64,000 nt of DNA from an uncultured Victivallales bacterium. GTDB taxonomy: Bacteria > Verrucomicrobiota > Lentisphaeria > Oligosphaerales > JABHEG01. The number at the start of each line of letters is the position of its first letter. Positions within the stretch are counted from its first letter, which is position 1. Under the pieces are notes generated by a model. The model was given only the letters and a program-made list of their open reading frames with translations. It did no database searches and had not been told where the DNA came from. Below, piece by piece: positions 54,193 to 62,700 of the stretch. The DNA lies in assembly GCA_964607765.1 (NCBI GenBank), contig CAZSNT010000010.1, positions 27,049 through 91,048 of the forward strand. The letters run 5' to 3'. The translations under genes and the position numbers were made by a program.

Positions 54193-56064
54193 ATGTCCGG
54201 CAATCCCAAATCCGCAACCCGCAATCCCCAATCCCTCCGCGTTCTGCTTGTCGAGGACAGCGAGCACGACGCGAAGCTGCTGGTGCGTGAACTGAAGTCC
54301 GGCGGCTTCGGTGTCGCATGGGAGCGCGTCGACAGCGAAACGACGATGCGCGCGACTTTCGAGTCGTCATCGTGGGATCTGATCGTCTGCGACTACAACG
54401 TGCCCGGCTTCGGAGCACTGCCCGCTTTGGCGCTCTGCGGAGAGTTGGGGCTGCATACGCCTTTCATCGTCGTGTCCGGCGCCGTTGGTGAGGCAGCGGC
54501 CGTCGAGTGCATGCGCCGCGGCGCGCATGATTTCCTCATGAAGGACCGCCTTGTCCGGCTGTGCGAAGCCGTGCGCCGCGAGCTTCGCGAGGCCGAGACG
54601 CGCCGCCGCAGGCGGGAGGCCGAAGACGCACTCCAGGAGAGCACACGGCGCCTTGCCACACTCATGGCCAACCTGCCCGGAATGGCTTACCGCTGCGCCA
54701 ACACGCGCGACTGGCCAATGGACTTTGTGAGCGAGGGATGCCTGGCGCTCACGGGGTATCGTGCGAATGAGCTCATGGGCCGCGATCGGCGTCTCTACGG
54801 CGACCTAATTCACCCGGATGACCGACAGATGGTCTGGGACTGTGTCCAGGATGCCGTATCACGGGGCGGACGTTTCGTCGTCGAGTACCGACTGATAGAC
54901 AAGAAGGAGCAGACACGGTGGGTCTGGGAACAAGGACAGGCCGTTGGCACGGACCGTGACAGGGCCCTGATCCTGGAGGGATTCATCACTGACATCACAG
55001 ATCGCAAGAGAGCTGAACAGCAGCTTCAGGACGCGCTCGCGGAACTCCGTTCAGTACACGATAGGGTGAGCGCGGAGAATGTGCTCTTGCGCGAGAAACT
55101 GCGCATGGGAGACCGCCACGGCGACATCGTGGCTCGAAGCGATGCCATGAAGACCGTCCTCGTCCAGGCCGAACAAGTCGCGGAAACAGACTCCACGGTG
55201 CTGATTCTCGGCGAGACGGGAACGGGTAAGGAACTCCTGGCCCGGGCAATTCACGACATGAGCACGCGACGCGACAAGCCGCTCATTACCGTCAACTGCG
55301 CCACAATCCCCGCCGCCTTGGTGGAGAGCGAGCTGTTCGGTAGAGAGAAAGGCGCTTACACCGGGGCGGTGAGTCGACAGATCGGTCGTTTCGAGGCCGC
55401 TGACACAGGAACGCTGTTCCTGGACGAAGTCGGCGAACTGCCCTTGGAGACTCAACCCAAGCTCCTGCGCGTGCTGCAGGAGGGGCGGTTTGAACGTCTG
55501 GGAAGCACCGACTCCGTCAAGGTCGATGTCCGAGTAGTCACTGCAACCAACCGGAATGTGGAGAGGGATGTCCGGGAGGGCCGCTTCAGGGAGGACCTGT
55601 TCTTCCGGCTCAACGTCTTCCCGATCACCATCCCGCCACTGCGGGAACGCGCTGACGATGTCGAGCCGCTCGTGTGGAAATTCGTACGCGAGTTCGCCAC
55701 GAGAATGGGCAAGCCCGTCGAGGCAGTCTCGCAAGCCGATATGGCCCGGCTGCGAGCGCACCCCTGGCCGGGCAACGTCCGCGAACTGCGCAACGTGGTC
55801 GAGCGAGCCATGATTGCCGCGCAAGGTCCGACACTGGGGATACGGCCCCCCCGACCAGCCGGTCACGCGGCAGGTGCATACCGCGGTCTCACTCTGGACG
55901 ATGTCCAGCGACGACACATCCTCACCGTTCTCAAGCAGACGCGGTGGCGGGTCCGCGGCGACGCGGGCGCCGCTCAGATCCTCGGCCTCAAGCCCACCAC
56001 CCTCGAATCGCGGATGCAGAAACTGGGCATCCGCCGCCACTCCACGCCCTCCGATATATCGTAG
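54193..56064 (+). CDS. Sigma-54-dependent enhancer-binding protein (REC-PAS-AAA+-HTH, FhlA-like C-terminus)
   Basis: REC (VEDSEHD, VCDY), PAS, Walker A GETGTGKE, ESELFG.EKGAYTGA, LFLDEVGE, FREDLFFRLNVFPI, WPGNVREL and HTH AAQILGLKPTTL. Confidence 0.94.
   Translation: MSGNPKSATRNPQSLRVLLVEDSEHDAKLLVRELKSGGFGVAWERVDSETTMRATFESSSWDLIVCDYNVPGFGALPALALCGELGLHTPFIVVSGAVGEAAAVECMRRGAHDFLMKDRLVRLCEAVRRELREAETRRRRREAEDALQESTRRLATLMANLPGMAYRCANTRDWPMDFVSEGCLALTGYRANELMGRDRRLYGDLIHPDDRQMVWDCVQDAVSRGGRFVVEYRLIDKKEQTRWVWEQGQAVGTDRDRALILEGFITDITDRKRAEQQLQDALAELRSVHDRVSAENVLLREKLRMGDRHGDIVARSDAMKTVLVQAEQVAETDSTVLILGETGTGKELLARAIHDMSTRRDKPLITVNCATIPAALVESELFGREKGAYTGAVSRQIGRFEAADTGTLFLDEVGELPLETQPKLLRVLQEGRFERLGSTDSVKVDVRVVTATNRNVERDVREGRFREDLFFRLNVFPITIPPLRERADDVEPLVWKFVREFATRMGKPVEAVSQADMARLRAHPWPGNVRELRNVVERAMIAAQGPTLGIRPPRPAGHAAGAYRGLTLDDVQRRHILTVLKQTRWRVRGDAGAAQILGLKPTTLESRMQKLGIRRHSTPSDIS
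54199..54233. repeat. Degenerate heptamer array (CGCAATC)5, inverted relative to 53783-53824
   Basis: GGCAATC CCAAATC CGCAACC CGCAATC CCCAATC; lies inside the 5' end of the downstream regulator gene. Confidence 0.85.
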
Positions 56065-56082
56065 GCAGCACGACATATCGGA
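56050..56082. promoter_or_regulatory. Putative enhancer (bEBP upstream activating sequences)
   Basis: TCCGATATATCGT and ACGACATATCGGA: a 12/13 inverted pair, each half itself palindromic, 20 bp apart and 100-135 bp upstream of a sigma-54 promoter. Confidence 0.6.
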
Positions 56083-56182
56083 GCTCTCGCCTCGCGGCGC
56101 GGGTGTTGCGCCTTGGCGCGCGGCAGTCGTACGTCGCTGTCATTACGCTACTCATGGCACAGCCCAGGCGCGCGCCCCACGC

Positions 56183-56198
56183 TTGGCATGCTTCCTGC
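56183..56198 (+). promoter_or_regulatory. Sigma-54 (-24/-12) promoter
   Basis: TTGGCATGCTTCCTGC matches TGGCAC-N5-TTGC with exact GG-N10-GC spacing; about 87 nt upstream of the hybrid kinase. Confidence 0.7.
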
Positions 56199-56284
56199 CA
56201 AGTAACCGGAGAATACAACCCCTGCGCATCCACGACGGCCGAAGCCGACCACCGTAGGGCCAGGAACAGCCGGAGAGACGGACG

Positions 56285-59251
56285 ATGCCTGATCAACTGC
56301 CCCCTGCCATGCCACAGCCGATCCGTGTCTTGATCGTCGAGGACAGCGAGCACGACGCCAGACTACTCGTCCGTGAGCTGACGAAAGGTGGTTTCAAAGT
56401 CGCATGGACACGCGTCGCTTCGGAGGAGCAGATGCGGTCGTCGCTCGAGTCGTCGGAGTGGGACCTTGTCATCAGCGACTACAGCATCCCCGGCTTTGGC
56501 GGCATGGAAGCCCTGTCGCTTCACCAGCAGTTGCGGCTGGACATTCCCTTCATTGTCGTGTCCGGCACGGTGGGCGAGGATGTGGCGGTCGGATGCATGC
56601 GTGAGGGCGCCCATGACTACCTCATGAAAGACCAGCTGACACGACTGTGCGAAGCGGTCCGGCGCGAGCTCCGCGAAGCCGACATGCGCCGTACACACCG
56701 CGAGGCCTCCACTGCGTTGGCACGTAGCGAGGAGCGCCTGGGCCTCGTGTGGGAGAACGTGGAAGCGGGCATCATCCTCGTCGATGCGGCTACGCGCGAC
56801 GTTATCGACATCAACCCGGTTGCCGCAGCGATGATCGGCAGTCCCCGGGGCGATATCGTCGGGCGGCAGTGCCACGAGTTCATCTGCCCCGCGGAACGGT
56901 GCAAGTGCCCCGTCCTCGACCTGGGCCAAACTGTGGACCGCTCCGAGCGGCAACTCGTACGGGTCGACGGCTCGTCGCTCCCCGTCGTGAAGTCGGTCAC
57001 GCCGATTGAGCTGGACGGTCGGCAGGTCCTGCTGGAGAGCTTCGTGGACATTGCCAAGCTTCGGGAAGCGCAGAAAGCGCTGCGCGTAACGCAGTTTGTC
57101 ACCGACCATGCCGTGGAAGCGGTCTACTGGATGGGCCCCGACGCACAGTTTCTGTACGTGAACGACACGGCCTGTCGGTGTCTGGGCTACTCGCGGGACG
57201 AACTGCTGACCATGACGGTGCACGACATTGACCCCAACTTCCCGAAAGAGGCATGGCAACAGCACTGGGCAGAGCTCAGGGAGAAGGGCAGCATGGTGGT
57301 CGAGTCGGTCCACCGCGCGAAGGACGGTCGTGAGTTCCCGGTCGAGATCTCGCTCAGCTACCAGGTTTCCGAAGGCGAGGCGCGCAACTGCGCTTTTGCC
57401 CGCGACATCACCGAGCGCAGGCAGGCCGAGGCACGGCGCGCGCTGGAGGCGCGAGTACTGGAGACGCTCAACGGTTCCAACGGCTGGCAGAACCTGCTGC
57501 GTGACCTGCTGGCCGGCATCAAGGAGTTCACCGAGTTCGATGCGGTTGGCCTGCGATTGCGTGACGCGGATGATTATCCCTACTACGAGTACAACGGGTT
57601 CTCTGAAGATTTCGTGATCGGCGAGCGCTACCTGTGCGCCCGGGACGATGCCGGAGAGATCGTTCGTGATGCCTCCGGGGATCCCTGCCTGGAGTGCATG
57701 TGCGGCAACGTGATCAGAGGCCGGACCGACGCGACGCTGCCCTGTTTCACCGATGCAGGCAGTTTCTGGACGAACAGCACCTCTGCGCTGTTGGGTGAAG
57801 GCAACACCCTGAACTGTCAGGGACGGATGCGCAATGAGTGCAGTGCCGCAGGATACGAGTCAGTGACCCTCATTCCCCTCCGTTCCGGGGACGAGACGAT
57901 TGGCCTGTTACAGCTCAATGACCGGCGCCCCGACCGCTTCACTCCGGACCTCATCCGATTCTTCGAGGAGATTGGCCACAGCATCGGCATCGCCTGCACG
58001 CGACGCGCCATGCATGAGGCGCTGGAGGAGAGCGAGCGACGCCTGACCACGCTGTTGGGCAACCTGCCAGGCATGGCCTACCGCTGTCTGAACGAGCCAG
58101 ATCGCCCGATGGAATTCGTCAGCGGGGGCGGGATGGCCCTGACCGGGTACACGCCCGACGAGCTGACCGACACAGAGCACCCGGCTTATGGCGAACTGAT
58201 CCATCCGGAGGACCGTCAACGGGTGTGGGATACCGTCCAGGATGCACTGAGCCAAGGACAGACCTTTGCCGTTGAGTATCGCCTCTCCGACCGGCAGGGA
58301 GCGGAGCGCTGGGCCTGGGAGCAAGGCCAGGCGGTCGGTGAGGACAGCGACGGCACGGTCGTCATGGAGGGAGTCATCCATGACATCACCGAACGCAAGC
58401 GGGCTGAAGAGCATCGGCGGACTGCGGAGGCCCAGCTCCGGCAGTCGCAGCGGCTCGAGTCCATCGGCACACTGGCAGGCGGCGTTGCGCACGAGATCAA
58501 CAACCCGATCAATGGCATCATGAACTACGCACAGCTGATCCGGGATGAACTTGGGCAAGAGCCGGGCGAGTTGGGCGAGTTCGCCTGTGAGATCGTCCAT
58601 GAGACGGAGCGCGTCGCAGCCATCGTGAAAAGCCTGCTTCAGTTCGCGCGGCACGACAAGCGATCGCACAGTCCTGCACGGGTCTGTGACATCGTGGAAG
58701 GCACCTCGTCGCTGATCCGCACTGTCATGCGTCACGACCAGATTACGTTGAGCATTGATGTCCCGGACAGCCTGCCTGAGATCCGCTGTCGCAGCCAGCA
58801 GATCCAACAAGTCGTGATGAACCTCCTCACCAACGCCAGAGATGCCCTGAACGACAAGTACGAGGGGTATGACGAGAACAAAGTCATCGAGGTGAAGGCA
58901 CTGCTGCTGGCGCAAGGACGTCCGAAGCGCTTTCCATGCCGCCGCCTCGCCCCAGACGCGAAGGCGAGTGACGTCAGGGAATCCCCTCCTGCGTTGCGCT
59001 CCGGGGACGCTGTCCCGCCGATGATTCGCATCACCGTTGCGGACCGCGGCACAGGCATTCCGGACCGTGTTCGTGAGCGCATGTTCGACCCCTTTTTCAC
59101 GACAAAGGCACGGGACAAGGGCACGGGGCTGGGCCTGGCCATCAGCCACGGCATCGTCAAAGACCATGGCGGCGACATGAGCGTAGAGAGCAAGCCCGGC
59201 GAATACACACGCTTCCACGTGGACCTGCCCGCAGCACAACCGTCGTCCTGA
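56285..59251 (+). CDS. Hybrid cytoplasmic histidine kinase REC-PAS-PAS-GAF-PAS-HisKA-HATPase (NtrB-type core)
   Basis: REC (VISDY), PAS domains, Cys-rich GAF, H-box GVAHEINNP, NLLTNARDA, DRGTGI and FDPFFTTK...GTGLGL. Start could be 56309. Confidence 0.93.
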   Translation: MPDQLPPAMPQPIRVLIVEDSEHDARLLVRELTKGGFKVAWTRVASEEQMRSSLESSEWDLVISDYSIPGFGGMEALSLHQQLRLDIPFIVVSGTVGEDVAVGCMREGAHDYLMKDQLTRLCEAVRRELREADMRRTHREASTALARSEERLGLVWENVEAGIILVDAATRDVIDINPVAAAMIGSPRGDIVGRQCHEFICPAERCKCPVLDLGQTVDRSERQLVRVDGSSLPVVKSVTPIELDGRQVLLESFVDIAKLREAQKALRVTQFVTDHAVEAVYWMGPDAQFLYVNDTACRCLGYSRDELLTMTVHDIDPNFPKEAWQQHWAELREKGSMVVESVHRAKDGREFPVEISLSYQVSEGEARNCAFARDITERRQAEARRALEARVLETLNGSNGWQNLLRDLLAGIKEFTEFDAVGLRLRDADDYPYYEYNGFSEDFVIGERYLCARDDAGEIVRDASGDPCLECMCGNVIRGRTDATLPCFTDAGSFWTNSTSALLGEGNTLNCQGRMRNECSAAGYESVTLIPLRSGDETIGLLQLNDRRPDRFTPDLIRFFEEIGHSIGIACTRRAMHEALEESERRLTTLLGNLPGMAYRCLNEPDRPMEFVSGGGMALTGYTPDELTDTEHPAYGELIHPEDRQRVWDTVQDALSQGQTFAVEYRLSDRQGAERWAWEQGQAVGEDSDGTVVMEGVIHDITERKRAEEHRRTAEAQLRQSQRLESIGTLAGGVAHEINNPINGIMNYAQLIRDELGQEPGELGEFACEIVHETERVAAIVKSLLQFARHDKRSHSPARVCDIVEGTSSLIRTVMRHDQITLSIDVPDSLPEIRCRSQQIQQVVMNLLTNARDALNDKYEGYDENKVIEVKALLLAQGRPKRFPCRRLAPDAKASDVRESPPALRSGDAVPPMIRITVADRGTGIPDRVRERMFDPFFTTKARDKGTGLGLAISHGIVKDHGGDMSVESKPGEYTRFHVDLPAAQPSS

Positions 59252-59368
59252 GCCACCACTCCATCCCGCGATAAGCTGAAGGGGGGGCGAGGTCAAGGCC
59301 TAGCGGTTTGTAATGGTCCCGAGCTCAAAGTGCGAATCGCAAGGCTGACCCCGCCGAGCCTTGGGAGG

Positions 59369-59478
59369 GTGACTTCGTGACCCCATGACTCTGTGACGCC
59401 GGGAACAGGCCCAATCCGGGCGTCACCCACGTCATCGTGGCACGCCGGGCGTCATGAAGTCACCGAGTCATGAAGTCA
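59369..59478. repeat. Inverted pair of octamer tandem arrays
   Basis: GTGACTTC GTGACCCC ATGACTCT GTGACGCC (59369-59400) and GTCATGAA GTCACCGA GTCATGAA GTCA (59451-59478), between convergent genes. Confidence 0.75.
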
Positions 59479-59743
59479 GCTGGACCGCCCCGTCCGCCAG
59501 AGGTAAAGAGGACGAGACACCGTTGTCCCCGTGGCGGGCCCCCAGACGACATCGCGGTGCCTGACAGAGCGGCTGTTACTGGCCCAGATGCAGACAGAGC
59601 CAGAACGTCGGGCAAGTCTCATGGCTTCCAGGATAGTCACTTTCGCAGTGCCGGCAGGTCAGCCCTGCGCAAAGCCATTTTCCGCGCAACGCTCGATTGT
59701 CAACTGCGGTCACGCTGTGCCCGAGGCGACCGCAACTGCGGCA

Positions 59744-62700
59744 TCACTGCTGGTCAGGACCATCGACGAGCAAGGCGCGGCGGGCGGCTGGTGTCCAGGC
59801 CTGCTCGAGGATAAACGCGGCACGTCCGTTGCGGAGCGCGTCTGCGTCGGTTGCTTCCTGCCAACCGGCCAAATTCAGATGTTCGTCGAGGAAGTGCGGC
59901 GGTGCCGGCCCGAACCGGCGCGCATCGAGGCAGTACATCAGGAGCGGGAGCGTGCGAGGCCCCAGGCTGCGGAACTCCTCGAAGGCCTCTTGCCACATAA
60001 GGTTGTCGTTGTAGTTGAGCACGTCGCAGATTTCGAGCAGATCACTGCGCAGTTCCTCATCGTGCTCCCAGCCGGTCTTCTCGATGATGAGAGCAACACC
60101 ACGGTCGCCGGCGGACCTGAGTGCGTGCATGCGCTCCCAAGCCTTGGCCGCATCCCGCTCACCCAGCCCTTCCCACGCTTTCAGAAGATCAGCGTCAGTC
60201 ACTTCCGCGGAGGCCGGAGCTTCGGTCAGGAGCTGGATGCCTACGTTGTCCAGACACCAGGCTTCGTCTTCCGGGACGCCCAGATTCAGCCCGGCGAAGA
60301 ACAGTGTCAGGTCCGGCTCGACGTGCGGAAAGGTGAAGACCATAGGGTAGTAGGCGTTGCGGGTCCAGGGCTTGTCCCACGTGCGCAGTTCGGTGTCGAA
60401 CTTGACGGCACCGGCGTTGCTGCGCACCGCCCCCAGGCGGAAGGGGAACGGATGGGACTGGCTGCCCGACCACGTGCAGAAGCTGTTGAACAGCAACCGA
60501 GGGCCGTTGGCGACGCGGATCGCCATGACGTCGGGCCCCCTGCCCTTCTGATTGCCGTCCCAGCTGCGGAGCAGGAACAGTTCGCAGTAGAGGCGGATGT
60601 GGGTGTGTGCCGGGAGCTCGGCCAGGCCGAGAGCCACTTGGTCCGGCCCGCCGAATTGCCCCAGCATGCGACGTTTCTCACCCTCCACCTCCAGCTCGTA
60701 GACCTGTTCAGTGGACCAGCCCGGGGCCGCATCCTCGCCCTCGAAGTCGCACCAGTAGAGCGCCTGTTTCGGATCGAAGTCCTCACCGAGCTTCGGGACG
60801 GCGATGTCGGGAACGGAGGACGAAGCCACGTCTGAGTCTGGGCCTTTGACGATGACTTTCACATCCTGGTCGCCGCCCTGGACACGGGCATAGCCGCGGC
60901 GGGACGGGCCTGCCCGGGACGACGCGTGCACCACGGCTGAGCCAGCGCAGACCGGAGCGAGGACAAATCGACCATCTGCTCCTGTCCGTACTCCCCGTGT
61001 GGGCGGCTGCCCCTGGCCCGCCAGATAAACCCATGCTTCCGGTACAGGCTTCTCATCCACCCCGAGTACGATTCCGGCAATGGTCTGGTCCGCAGGGCGA
61101 AGGATGAAAGGCTCCAGCTCAGTTTCCACGGGCTCATTCGACGGCGGCGGCGTCTGCAGCTGTGTTTTGGCCGTACCGAAACCGTCAGCCCCTATGATGA
61201 CGGTAGTCACCATGCCGCGAGGCACGGCGCTGATGACAAGCGAGTCGCCCCCTGCCGCGGGAGCATCGTGCAACATGGGATAGGCGTTTTGCTCTGACTC
61301 CTTTCTGACACTGACGTAAACAAGGACCTTGGGGATCGGGGTTCCGTCCGGGGTATGCACGGTCCCGCGGAGAGCGGCGCCGGGACGCAAGGTCAGCTCA
61401 GCTTCAGTCTGGGATTCAGGCCAGGGCTCCAGAGCCACCAGGTTCCTCTCCAAGTGCCGCGCGCTAAAGATCAGTCTGGGCAGGCGGCTTCCGAAGCGGC
61501 TCCGGGACCACTGCAGTCGGAAACTGCCATCATCTGCCGACTGCACGGGCGGTTGCTCATCCGTGGCCGGTCTGAGTATGACTTCTGCACCTTCGACCGG
61601 AGCGCCATCGGCATCGACCAGTCTACCGGTCACCGTGCGAAGGGACTCCAGGACCAGCCTGACAGGCGACTGCGCAGTGGCGACCTCCTGCCGATGGCTG
61701 GCATGGAGGCCCTCCCGGCTGTACCGCAGGTAGACTTTCAGAGGGCCGCGGCAAATGCCCTCAAGCGTGAACTTCCCGTCCCGGTCCGTCTTGGTCGAAC
61801 GGCTGGACTGGCCGGGGCCCGACACGGAGACGGTGGCTCCGTTCAGCTGCGTGCCAGCGGCGTCGACCACTGTCCCCCGGAGGGTCGCGTCTGCTTTGCG
61901 CAGCACCATGTCGGGCAGTTGTGCCGTTAGCGAGGTCGGTCCGTCGGTCTCTGCCTGGGGGGCGGCCTCCTGCTCCACGCGGCCGTATCCGGGCTGATCC
62001 ACCCACACTTTCAGAGCGATGGCCGGAGGGAGCGCTGTGAAACGGCAGGAGCCATCGGCTGATGAAGTCACCCGATCCAGAGACGTCGTCGTGCTTGGAC
62101 CAAGAGCTCCCTGCACGAACGCTCGTGCTTCCGGAATGCCCTTGCCCTCCTCATCCGTGACCCGGAACGTGATGCTGCGTCCGGACTCCATGGGGATGAC
62201 CGGCGCCTTGACCTTCTCATTCCACGGCAGTATCGCGAACAGATTCTGCCCTTCGTGCCGCGCAACCAGCGTCATCTTCGGCACGCCGTTGCGGAACCTC
62301 TCGGCCGACCAGAAAAGGACGAACTTCCCAGCGACATCAGTTCTCGTCGGCGCTGTGAGGTGTGAGATCGGCAGCAGGGCGACGGCTGCCCCGGCGACTG
62401 GCGAGCCGTCGGCCGTCCTGACGTGGCCGACAAGCTGGTGCAGCGACTCAAGGACAACGCGCACCGGCTTCTCCCCGGTCCTGGTTTGCAGTGAGACGGA
62501 CGTATGAACGCCGTGCCGGTTGTAGTAAGCCTGTACCGTGACCGGACCTTCACAGAGCTGAGTCAGGACAAATGACCCATTGGCGGCGCTCTCCACGCTC
62601 CGCCCGGGCTGCCCCTCCCCGCGGGAGCTGACCCGAGCCCCCCCGACCGGAACACCTTCCGCATCGACGACAGTGCCCGCCAGTTTGGCTGTGGTTCTTC

